Source: Antedon mediterranea
Taxonomy: Eukaryota > Animalia > Echinodermata
DNA length: 64,000 nucleotides
Direction of reading: 5' to 3'
Assembly (NCBI RefSeq): GCF_964355755.1
Contig: NC_092674.1
Location: 7,502,001 to 7,566,000, forward strand
Both the position numbers and the translations under genes were made by a program. Below, piece after piece: positions 12,306-25,100 of the stretch (within the stretch, counting starts at the first letter, position 1; each line of letters opens with the position of its first letter). A model generated the notes under the pieces. The model had not been told where the DNA came from. It searched no databases and was given only the letters and a program-made list of their open reading frames with translations.

Positions 12306-15300
12306 GAGCCATTGTCTGTAAAAATCAAAGATTTGGTGGCAGATGTAAAAAAATGGATTTCTCTCAAATTTTTACCATGAATAGACATTTCAATAAAAAG
12401 CATATCTACAACATTCATTTCAATTTTTAGCCTCCGTTGCCATGACAACGGTCAATTATCCACATTTTGATGTTTTTGCCATTTTTCACAGATTTTCTAT
12501 AGTGAAAAAGTACAAACTTGTATACTTATTTTAACCAAAAATACTTACAGTATACAGTTTTTGTTTATAGCAGTGTAAACAACATGTATTGAGTTCCATT
12601 TAATGTAGAAAAAAAAAAAATTACAAAATGGAGTTTGGTTGATACCATTATTTTAAAAAGGGGTGTTTTTAAAAAATATTTTTTTTATAAAAGTATACCT
12701 CATAAACGTACCTATAACTTCCAAAGTGGTGTTTTTAAATCAATGAGGTTTTTTAATTTGATAGTCAATAGGTTTGTCAACAATAATCACGAAAAAAACA
12801 CTGGGGTAAATTTCGTACATAGGTTTTGTGTTGCCAGGAAAATACGAAAAATACAAAAAATATAACAATGATATCAACAAACAAAACACATGAAACACAA
12901 TTTAAATATGGCTAATCCAATAATAAAATGTATATGTGGCTTCTCTTAATGCTACTAGAGTCATACAAATATTTTAGATTAAATAGGAGAATGTGTAGCC
13001 AGGTTTATTTCAATTAATTGCCAGAAAAACAGTATTTTGCATTGAAATATGTAATTGATGGAAAATAATGTTAAACTTGGAAATAATTGCGTCAATGGTT
13101 TTTATAAATTTTTAAATCTATTTTGTGTAAAGAGATACAGAAAGACCTCCCAAAAAATCTGACCTTGTAAATAGGTCATTTGAGGTCAAAAGGGGTCAGA
13201 ATGCAAAACAGGACAGGTCCCCACTTTACTACAACTATTAATGTTTGATCAAAATTTACAAGATAGTTCATAACAATTCTCAACAATTTTCTTATTTTAC
13301 CTATAGTGTTACCTTAGCAACCATTTCTATGTGTAACTAAGGAAAGTAATTTTTTTTTTAACGTAAAAAATGGCGTTTTTATAAATACAAAGAATTATTG
13401 ATTGCATTTGTAATTTTTCTCAATTTTACTTCTACTGCATTCCATTAATGACAAACTTGACCTTGTAAATTCATTCATTTTGAGGTCAACATTTTACCCT
13501 AGTAACTGTTTCTATGCGAAAATTTCAAAAAAAATAAGGGGTTTTTCATAAATACAAAACATTTTTTCTACATAGTTTTACAAATTACATTTCTACTTTT
13601 TGCCAAATTAACTTTAAATACTGAATCCTAATAATCTCATTAAGAAAGTCTTGACGAATCTGAATAAAGGTAAAAAAAATGACCTTTAGTGTTATCTTAA
13701 ACCTGTTTACGTAACAAATGATATTTAAAAAAAAAATTAAATATGGATTTTCATGAAAAAAAAAATTGTTTACATATTGAGGTCAAATGACATCAACATT
13801 TTACCTATAGTGTATTGTAGCAACTGTTTCTATACGTAACTAATACAATATTTTTAATATGGGGTTTCATGACTACAAACAATTGATTATACATAGCTTT
13901 ACTACCTTTTCCCAAATTTACTTATCTACTGAATCCCAGAAAATGTCTGACCTTGTGAAAGGGTCATTTGTTGGGTCAAGTTATGTCAAAATGTATTATT
14001 TATGTTATCTTAGAACCTGTTTCTATGCATAACTAAGGATAATTGTTTTTTTAAATACAGTTGAACCACCCGTAAGTGGCCACCCTCGGAACCTGGAAAA
14101 GTGGCCGCTTACGGGCGGTGACCCCTTACGGGAGGTTCTGCCGATAAAGGGCCAAAATCACTTATTATGGCTATATACGATATTCTTAACGAAACGAGCC
14201 TCTCAATTTTCCAGCTAATTGTAGGCCTATTATTATTTATAATCAGGTGGTTTAGTATTTTTTAGCATTTTCAGACAAATTTTAAAAACTTTTATCATAT
14301 GAAAAATGGTCGGTCAAAATCTGTGTAGTTTTCTCATCTCTTCACAGTAATGTTTTTAAAACCTCTTCAAAATAAAGCTAATATATAAAGAAATACAATA
14401 TACATGCACCTCTAATTCATAGGTCCATGCAATAAGTATCGCATTTTTCGATTGGCCGCTTACAAAAAATCTCATTTTTAGTATAAAAAGGTGCCCGCAG
14501 CTGCTTACGGTAATCACCAAATGCACTAATTAGATAGGAAGAACAAACAGGCTTTTCAAAGTACGTCCGTTAAGGGAGGTGGCCGCTGTAAATAAAATAT
14601 GGGGTTTTCATGAATAAAAATAATCACAGAAGAAAGTGCTTACGAATATGACCTTGTGAAACGGTAATTTGAAAATGCAAATAAGGCATGCCTGCTAATA
14701 ATCTACAAATTTAAATTTGTATGAGATAAATATGCAAAATCTAAAGAATATCTCATTTTTAGTTACCATAGTAACTGTTGCTATGCATAACTAAGGGAAA
14801 TTAAATAATTATCAGATAATTATTAATTTATAATTAATACTGAATCCAACCATCACAGTAAAAAAAATATAGAATTTAAAACCAATATTTAATAATAAAG
14901 TGTGATATTTTACATGCTGACCTTAAATGAAATGAAATTTCAAATCAGGGCTTCAATATTTGTTATGTAGCATTAACATACCTGAGTATATCATTGACTT
15001 TTGATTGGTTCTATTTTGGGGAGGGGAAAGTGGTGGATCCAGGACTTTTAAATAGTTAGGGGGTTGAAGGCGAGGGTCTAAAAACTTGCAGTTTATCTTA
15101 TAGTTGGTCGGGGTGGGGGGGGGGGGGGGGTGGTAGTCGAAAGTGGTGGTGGATGGGCATGTGGGATCTGCTTAGGTTAGCAAATAAAAGAAGTAAACAA
15201 ATGAAAGAGGAGCTTCAAAATAAGAGAGGAGTAATCTGTTGCAAAGATTAAAATTCACAACGATCTGATAATTTATTCAAATTTCCCGAGGATATAACCT

Positions 15301-16030
15301 ATAAAATGACATTAAAACTGGGAATTACAGAATCTATAATTAAAAATATTTTTTTTTCTCACAACACAACTAGAACTATATAAATCATTAAGAATTTTTC
15401 TGACCAATGAGTTTCAAATCAAATAATCAAAGAAAATAAAATGTTTTTACTAATATACCATGTTTTTTTTTTATAAAAATGCCTATGTTTCTCGCAACAC
15501 TGCTTGTAGATTTTAAATTTACCCCAGTATTTTATTTTAGAAATCAATTATTAAACATTAGAACTACCTATTTGTAATAAATCAGCTAAAAAAATACACC
15601 ACTTTGGGCGTTATGGTGAAGTAAAGTTTAGTTGCATTGAACAATTTAAAAAAAGTGAAAAATACCCCTTTTTAAATAAATGGTATCTCCCAAGGTATGA
15701 AATAAAAAAAAATAAAAAAAATTGAAACAGGTACACAATGCATTTTTATTATGCATACACTAATTATTTTGTATAATTAAATGAACAACACAAAAATATC
15801 GTTCATCAAAGTAGTACCAATATCCATTTTAAAAAACCTTAAAAAAGGACAAAATTTGTCAAAAACACAAATTTGGCCGTTGCCATGGAAATATACGTGT
15901 GAAATAAAAAATACTTCATATCTGATTTCTCTCAACACATATATAGCCATGTGCAAAATTTGAAAGAAATCCATTTTTTTGAGTCTGCCACTCTTTTTGA
16001 TATTTCTTTGATTCTTACAGACAATGGCTC
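12306..16030. mobile_element. 3.7-kb non-autonomous TIR transposon with TTAA target duplication (Kolobok-like)
   Basis: TTAA|gagccattgtctgtaaaaatcaaaga ... tctttgattcttacagacaatggctc|TTAA. Purine-purine termini fit Kolobok rather than piggyBac. No transposase ORF is present. Confidence 0.8.
14058..14588. mobile_element. Tc1/mariner-pogo-type MITE nested in the TTAA element
   Basis: TA|cagttgaaccacccgtaagtggccacc ... gggaggtggccgctg|TA, with repeated gtggccgcttacggg subterminal motifs. Confidence 0.65.
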
Positions 16031-16193
16031 TTAATATGTTAATTTGCTTTCTATAGAGGGCGGCCGTGTGTTATTGATATTCTTTGAGCCAATTTAGTCA
16101 TTTAGTATTAGTATACCAGTATACCACCGATACAACAACTGAGTAAGAAGGAAATAACAAGTAACGCTAAAACAACATTAGAATTTTAAGAAA

Positions 16194-19100
16194 ATGAAGT
16201 TTGTTTTATTATCAGCATTATGTTTTACTAAATTACAGTTAATGTATGCTGCACTTGAACCAGGCGTGTTCAAGTATACTGTTTACGTAAGCTTGAAATT
16301 GACATGTTTATATAGATAATAAGGCCTAAAAAATAAAAGAAGAGTTATAATACAGATAGATGGCTCTGGCAATTGAGCGCGGCTAATTCGTAGGCGTCCT
16401 CACAGATAGGCCAAAAACACGAGGGTGGGAACCAGCAGATTAGGATTGGTTTGGGAGGGGGCGGGTGGGGAAGGAAAGTGGTATAGGAAGGGAAGTGGTG
16501 TTGTAGGTTGGGATCAGGTGCCGTTTTCGGCCACCTCGACTTATATGGACTATACCATTATTATGATAGGGGTGTGGTGTATTATGTTTTATGAAGAGAA
16601 GGGTGTCTATTAATGGGAAGATCGACAATACAATTGTTCTGTTATGTAACCTACAGTACAAACTACAAGGAACAATACAGAACATCAACAACTAGCATGT
16701 TAAAAAGGCATGTTATTATTAGGTAGGCCTACTGTGTTAGGGAATGCCAAGATTTTGTAACAATATTACTATATTAACTAAAGATATTTTATATAAAACA
16801 AATTTTATAGACAAATTTAATGAAGAACCATCTACTAACTGGATAAAGCCATTTAGGAAAATTAGTAAACAAGTTGATCATAACGAGTGGTTTTCAAAGG
16901 CCCAAAGCAAAACGAAATTCCATGCAAAACAACGTTAACGGAATATACTATGTATAAAGGAACCAAACCTTGAACAATATTTGTTAGATAAAACTAATTT
17001 TAAGAGTATCAATTTAATTTAAAGCAAGATCAAACTCTCTAGATCGTGAGGGTCGTAGAAAATCCTGGTCAAATCATAACACAGGATTATGTAAGATGTG
17101 TAGTACAAACGAAAAAGAAACAGTAAACCATTTTTTAAAGCCATTTAGGAAAAATAATAAACAAGTTGATCATAACGAGTGGTTTTCAAAGGCCCAAAGC
17201 AAAACGAAATTCCATGCAAAACAACGTTAACGGAATATACTATGTATAAAGGAACCAAACCTTGAACAATATTTGTTAGATAAAACTAATTTTAAGAGTA
17301 TCAATTTAATTTAAAGCAAGATCAAACTCTCTAGATCTTGAGGGTCGTAGAAAATCCTGGTCAAATCATAACACAGGATTATGTAAGATGTGTAGTACAA
17401 ACGAAAAAGAAACAGTAAACCATTTTTTATTTAAATGTCCTTCGTTAAACTCTGTTAGACAATAATTAAGTATGTACCGGGATAATTTTAATTGTGGACC
17501 TCAGTTAAAACACCACTTTATGCTAGACAATTTATTCACTGAAAATGAAACATTAGGAAAAATCTTTGTCTTTTATTGTAAAACATATTTAATGAAAGCA
17601 TGGGTTACTAGATCTACAATGTTATCCGCATTATACCTCTCTCAACTAATTGATTAATATAGTAAACAAGCTACAGACATCTCTATGAGGATGTATCTGT
17701 AAGTTTTATTTATTAGGCCTATCCTGTATTTTTGTTGTTCTGTTTTTATTTTTTTAGTTATATATATTGTACAATTTACGTATTTTGTATTTTCATACAG
17801 ATCTAATTAATTACTTTACATTTTGTTTTGATGTTATGTATTAGTATTTAGAACTTTGTGGCTTATGTTATTTGTAATTTTGTCTTAAATTGGATGCACC
17901 ATTAACTGATAAATGTGTGACACCGATATAAAGGTGATTCCTATGAATAAATACATAAATAAAAACTATATAAGTAGGTATACTTACTTATTATATATAA
18001 AAACTAAACTAAACACTACAGTATAATCAAAATTAAAGCATATTAAATACTAGGCCTATGTTATTCCTATCTAGATTTAAACACTTTAAATTTCAGTACA
18101 ATCGGATTCGAAATTAGACAATCTTAAATACTACAATACAATCGGAATTAAAATATCCTAAATACTACACTACATTACAATCGGTTAAATTACCTAAACT
18201 CTATAATGTTGTGAAATATGTAAAAGAATGTTGGCAAATGCATTCTAATCGGCCCAATCCTATCGGTAGATAAATCATATTTTTTATTTTCTTGAACTAA
18301 ACATAAATAAAACGAAAGAAATAAGGATAGATTTTCGAAAACATAATTGGTCTGACAGTATACATTAATTAAAGTAAAGGAAGTAGAGATTGTTAACAAT
18401 TATTGATAAGTATCTGGCAGTAGTGTTTGACTAAAGCTAAATGGGTGGACATGTTGATCGTAGTTAAGAAGTTAAATACAAGGCTGTACTGCTTGAGGAA
18501 ACGGTTCTTTGGGGTAAAGCAGAATATTTGTACTATAGAATGTTTATGTTTTACTAATCAGTGATGTTCTATTTGGGCATATTGTATATTGGGCTAGGAA
18601 TATCAGTAAGGGAATGTAAGGGGGATAAAGACCGAATTGAGATGGTGCTGGGTAGAGCGTGGAAAGTAATTGGTTTGAGTATGCAAATGCTTGACTCGTT
18701 CTACATGCAGCGAACAGCTTGCCGATGTATTCCATGCTATATTGGAAGACACCAATCATCCTCTTCATGGCGACATTATCAGCTCCGTTTTGCATTCGCT
18801 ATTATAACGTTTTGATGCAAACGTTGTTCAATTAGAACATGTATTTCTACACAGAAACGTTTAAAAACGTGTTTAAACATTTTAGAAAGACCAAACCTAA
18901 AAACATGCAATGCCTAACGCTGTGTTTTCTGGGAACAAAATGGTACAGATTCATTAACAAAATTATAATGTTTATTTGTTTTACTGATTACCTAATAATC
19001 AGTATGTGATAAATGTACTACTGTCATCCTTATTAAATGTACTACTGTGTTATCGTTAGGTAAATTATATTTTTTATTTGTAATTGGAATAAAAACTTTC

Positions 19101-22100
19101 TTTATATACTTTCTGTATCTATAAATCTGTAAAAATTATATAGAAATAAAGAGTCATAATATACTGCATTAACTTGAAAACTGAAATTAATTCTACAGCA
19201 TGCAGGGCGTAGTTGTTTTCCCTTTGTTGCTGAAACAACAAGAAAAACAAAAGAACAAAAGGAGCAGTATTTTAACACATTAACACACTCAATTAATAAA
19301 TGGGACACCCCTATTTTCCCATCTTTTTATAATGGTATAGTCCATACAAGTCGAGGTGGCCGAAAACGGCACCTGATCTGGGGTATCTCCCCATAGTGTG
19401 GGGAGTAGTGTAGGTTTTCAGCGGGTATTTTTCCATAAAATAAAAAATAATAAATAAAATAGGCTGGGAAAAAGCACCGCTTGTTTTTTTGAATTTTAAA
19501 ATAATAATAATATCTTGACACATTTTGATTTTGTTTATTTTAGGGTAACGAGGTAGTTGCTATTTCGAAGAGTATGTATAACAACACCAAGGTGATAGTG
19601 ACAAGTATGTTATCTGCTTTAATTTTTCAACATTTTAAAATTATTATTTTTTTTCAAATATCTAGATTATTGTATAGGCCTACCTATGTCCTATGTGGTT
19701 AATGTTGGAGTTAATAGAACTTTTAAACTTTTAATTATTTATAATAATAATTAACATAAATATCAAAGCACCATTGGTGGTCTGCAAAAAGTCAGAAAAC
19801 TACATGTTTTTAATTTCAGCCAATTGCCAGCAAGATGATTGCAAAATCAACCTAAAGTGGGTTCTCCGTTTCTCTGATTGTGATAATGCATTTGTAGATA
19901 ATGTGAGTAATTCTCAAAGAAATTAAAATTTTAATTGAACATTTCTTTTTATTGTAAATGATTAACTTTCAATCAGTAAATAAATGTTTCATTTTCGACA
20001 ACAAAAGTAACATTGACTATTCATTATTTTAACTATTATTTATACAACACGCTATTCACGCATATTCAACACGCCTACGAGAAGTGTGTTGTATACATCG
20101 AAGAGATTCCGTGTAATGAGATTTTAATTGCAAAAAAGGCTACTTGGCTGTATCCTAAAATTTTGTTGATTCCCGGTGCTGTTGGTGTGTTGGTGTATTG
20201 TCCTCAGGGTATTGTTTTGACCGCTCGTTAAATATAAGCATGTGCTGTGAAAATGTTGACCAAATCTAGTAGATAATTGTGCTTTTTTTTGCATATTTTA
20301 ACTGATTTAGCACTTAACATTAACGCTAATCAAAGGTTGGCATAATTTGGCAAAATGTAGCATAGTTTTATCCTAATTCTAAAACATTTTTTTTCTAATT
20401 TCAAAAGCAGATTTAAAAAATCAATAACTGAATAAACTAAATTTTAAACGAAATCATCCATTTTATTAAAATCCTTAATAAACTAATATTAATTCATAAT
20501 GCATGCGAGTATAATACAACTTAGGATTATGAACTATGGTATAACACGGTATTACGATTTAATGTATAACTGCAAGGTTTTTGTGGGGTTGACCTCGGCC
20601 CGTGCAACACGCTAAAAATTAAAGACATGTTCAAATTTAGGGTGTTGTAGTGTATAAACACAGCCATAGATAAATTTCCAGTCATACCCTGATGAGGAGA
20701 GCCTCACTCAGGTGTAATAAGTTATAACAGCTCAGAGCCATGTCTGTAAAAATCAAAGATTTGGTGGCAGATGTAAAAAAATGGATTTCTCTCAAATTTT
20801 TACCATGAATAGACATTTCAATAAAAAGCAAATCTACATCATTCATTTTAATTTTTAGCCTCCGTTGCCATGACAACGGTCAATTATCCAAATTTTGATG
20901 TTTTTGCCATTTTTCACAGATTTTCTAATTAAATGAACAAAACAAAAATATCGTTCATCAAATTAGTACCAATATCCATTTTAAAAAACCTTAAAAAACA
21001 AAATTTGTCAAAAACACAAATTTGGCCGTTGCCATGGAAATATATATAATAATAATAAATAAATAAAAAACACATAATTATACAGGATTAGATACCTCAT
21101 TACAATTTTGACATGTTAAATTACCTTGGTTCAAAATCAAATGTATAGGTCATGTGTTTAAATCTTGTAATATTTGATATAAATGATTTAAGTTTTTTTT
21201 CTCAATATCCAGAGATTAAAGTGTGAATATAATATGATTTTGTTTTAAAATTATATTTATTTATAAACTGTTAGAAAACTTTCTTTTTTTAGATAAATAC
21301 TTCACTCTTGTTGAGCAGCCCTGAATCATCAATGCTACAATTTGAAGAAATAATCAGATTTCAACAATCTATTGTGGGCAATGAGACAGAAACTTGTGAC
21401 CATAAAACTATGTTTCAGGTAACAAATGTCTTTAGCTATTGAAGAATACAAACAGGTAATACAATGCTTCCTCCTTAGGAAGGAATGAGGGAATACCCAG
21501 ATCTGGCCTGCCCACCTGCAACCCCCCCACCCCCCACCGTTCAGGTTACAAGCCCCGAAAATAGCACACTTTGGTTAAGAAGGCAAATTCAATGCTTATT
21601 ATAACCAGGGGAGGACCCAGGGGTGTTTCCCTAGTGGCCCCGGCAGCACCCTTTAATTTAGTACTAGAGGTTGTTTCTGCCATTAAATTAAAATTTAGTT
21701 CCATTTCATCGTATACAATATCCATCCGGACCTGGAACTTGATAGGCTTAGTAGTTACAGAGTTGCAGGGCATTTTATCATTGTTGAATGTTTTGATGTT
21801 AGCTTATAATTGTTAAAATTTGTAAAAGAAGTAATATAATGCTGGCGCCAACAAATTTAACGACCTTCACAACCAAAATATTTCTTTGTAACAAAATTTA
21901 TTTTAAATGGAATGCTACGAAAATAATCCTCTGCTTCATCAGTGCATGAGTACCTAATAACCAGACAAGGACGTATCTTTGTTACGTTTTACTATCAATC
22001 CATTTTCATTTCACGCAATCCATTTTTCAACAATATAATAGTATAATAATAACATTTTGATTGAATCGTGAGGGATTAGTTATAGTGTTCGACTTTGAAT

Positions 22101-25100
22101 ATTAACCATTGGTAATTTACCGAAAATCCAAAATGAACTTGTGTTATAAAATACAAACAAAATTATTCAATTAAAGAAATGCTCTACTACACATGAGAAA
22201 TAGGCTGTGTTTATACAACACGCTTCTTATTTACACGCATGTTCGTAGGATGCGTGTTATCACAGATCAAGGTCAATCCCCTAATCTGCATCGTTCATAC
22301 ATAAAAAATGAACTACCGTGTTGAACGTTCGTGTGTGCTTTGTGAACAGGAAGTTTCGTCAGATACAATAGTATTAGGCCAAAAAAAATTAAAGAAATTT
22401 GTTGGCCACGCCCGACCGACCCTAAAGTGACGAAAATGAAGGTCGGCTTTTTTTTTGTGAGCCAAACGGCAATCGTGAAACCAAATAGTGAAAACATATT
22501 GTCTTATTCGCCAAATTGGTGAATATATTTCACCTCTGCCAGACGTGTAAAAAAGAAGTGTGCAACCAACCGTGACTCAATCATGCGATAACCGGAATAC
22601 GCGATTATTAATTTTGGGGGGATCAAAGTTTTAACTAAATAAACGCTTTGATTACATAGTGGTTGAGACAGGTTTTTAATAGTTATCACATTTTTAAACA
22701 CCCTCATAATTAATGGACTCTACCAATGTTGATCTGCAAAGATCGTACATCGCACGAGGTTGTTAAGGCGGTGTTTTTTGGTTTTACCAAAGAGTATATT
22801 CGGTTTTACTGTACAGAGTACTACGATCCGATTACGAACTTGTTAAACGAGTCGCCAAGCAAATAGGCCTATACATTTAATAAAAATTTACCTAAGATAA
22901 GATTGTCGTAAGCTCTTATGTTCAAACTTGTTATTTATATAGCGATATAATCCACCCGTTCCGGCATGCATGTTAGGCCTCTCTAGCCTAGGCTTACTCC
23001 TCGCGATCGATCGATGTCTCTCCTGGTGGGGAATTACTTTAAAAACGATAAGCGGCATCTTTTGAATACTTATTTTGGTATCAGTCCTTCCTGAATACTG
23101 TAGGCATAGGCAAGGCTGTTGATTATTACCATGGAGATGACATAATATCCGACGAAAGCTGGTTAGTAATAATTTATTACATTGGAGAGGTCAACTTGTC
23201 CCCTGGACTTCCCCCTCCTCTCGCAATGAACGGCAGTACAGATCTTCCCTATCTAGGCTCTATATTCATTCCTTTTAAATCTTAGGCATATTGCCAAGGC
23301 TAATAATCGATTTGTCCATAATTATTTTTATTTTTCCATAATCTAAGTCCAATTTTTAGGCCAAATCATAATTGTGCGTATAGTTTTGTATTTCCGTTGC
23401 GTGTAGTAGCCTATTTATCTTCATTTCCGTACGTCCATAAATATTAGGCCGAATTTCCGTCGTAATTTATGGACATTTCAAAATTTGAACTGTCGTGTTA
23501 AACCGGTAGCAGAGCAAAGTTTGCTTCTTTTTGCAAATGTCCTATTATTATTTTCTTTGATTTATTTGGGAGTGTGGTTTAAAACAACATTTTTGTAAAG
23601 TTTATAGTGAATAAATAAAAATGAATTTTTGGAAATTGTGGTTTTAACATCTGACTTTATTTAGCATTTTTAAAGGAATTAAAATTCAAAATAATACAAT
23701 TTAACGTTTGCTCAATATATTTATATAGCAACAGCTTCATATTTTTTGTATAACTTTAACAAATTATTAGTTGATAATTAATTTACATTAATTGAGCACA
23801 GTTATTAGAATGTATTACCGTACCAAAAGTACTGTACCTTCATCGGGAACTTCCATGTGACATTCACATGAATTTTACGTCCGATCAGCAACAAAATTAT
23901 TAATTGATAATTCAAAAATTAAAAAAAAAATTCCAAAAATCTTTTATTGTCCAATTGCATACAAAATACATACATGCCATTGGAAATGTGTCGTTTGATA
24001 CACTACATACATAACAATTAAAATTATATAGAGTTATACTGTACATCATTCACAATACTTGTTACAAGAAAAGAAATAAAAAATTTAAATATAGAAAAGC
24101 ACACGTAACTAAAACTAAATGCATTGTGTTGAGGAAAGACTAGGCGTATTGCAGATTATTGTAAATTATTGAAGTATTGTATGTACTATATTAAAATATC
24201 ATAAAAAAATACTCTATTTAAAAATGTAAAATATCGCAAAATCAGTCCATTCATAATTGTATATTTATCTATTGCACTGCTTTAAATTAAAAGTTTTAAT
24301 TGAACTTGGTACAAACGATTTACTATATCTCGTAGTTCGTGAGAGAATACTCCGTAAACGGCACCCTGACCTTAAAAAGTTATACTCGGCATATAATGGA
24401 TGGTTTGTATTTGTCATTATTCGTTTTACAAGTGATAACACTGATTCATCAAATCTTATATTAAGATCTGTTTCAGGGATATTTAGCATTTTACTAGCTC
24501 TTCGTACGATTCTATATAGTTTTCCCTTATCTTTTACATTGAGACTATTTCCCAACACAGCATAACAGAAAGATATCACGCTAAGTACCATCAATTTGTA
24601 AAACATGGTTAGAATTTTGTTATCTACTTTAAATTTCTTAAGTTGATGCATTAGGTGCAGTCGTTGCTGACCCTTTTTATATAGCATGTTTGTATTTTTG
24701 CTCCATTTTAATTTATCATTTATGATTGTTCCTAAGTACTTGTATTCTTTGACAACTTTTATACATTCACCATCAATTACTACATCATCATGATTACTTT
24801 GTTTCTTTCTAAAATCGATAATCATTTCTTTGGTTTTCTTAGAATTTAAAATAAGATAGTTTTCTTTACACCACTCTGTAAACAACTTTATTTCGGTAAA
24901 ATACTTCGAAAGCGATTCAGCATCTTTAATGTTACCAGCTATGCAAGTGTCATCGGCATATTTTATCAAACGGCAGGAGTCGGTGGCATTTCTACAGTCG
25001 TTTGTATACAGAATGTATAACAAGGGAGACAGAACGCAGCCTTGTGGTGAGCCTGTATTGGTAAATGTGGTTGTTGATGTACAGGTAGCATTTCCGAATT

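Noticed and set aside
15108-15135. Poly-G run / G-quadruplex candidate
   Set aside because: A simple homopolymer inside a transposon; its length is unreliable and there is no further support.
18180-18815. Possible degenerate LINE endonuclease fragment on the - strand (TLINVYC...FENLSLFL)
   Set aside because: Too decayed to assign with confidence by eye.
22372-23930. Possible Zator-like DNA transposon starting ttaggccaaaaaaaa...ccgaccgaccc
   Set aside because: No matching second terminus was found; it is probably truncated by the LINE at 23935.
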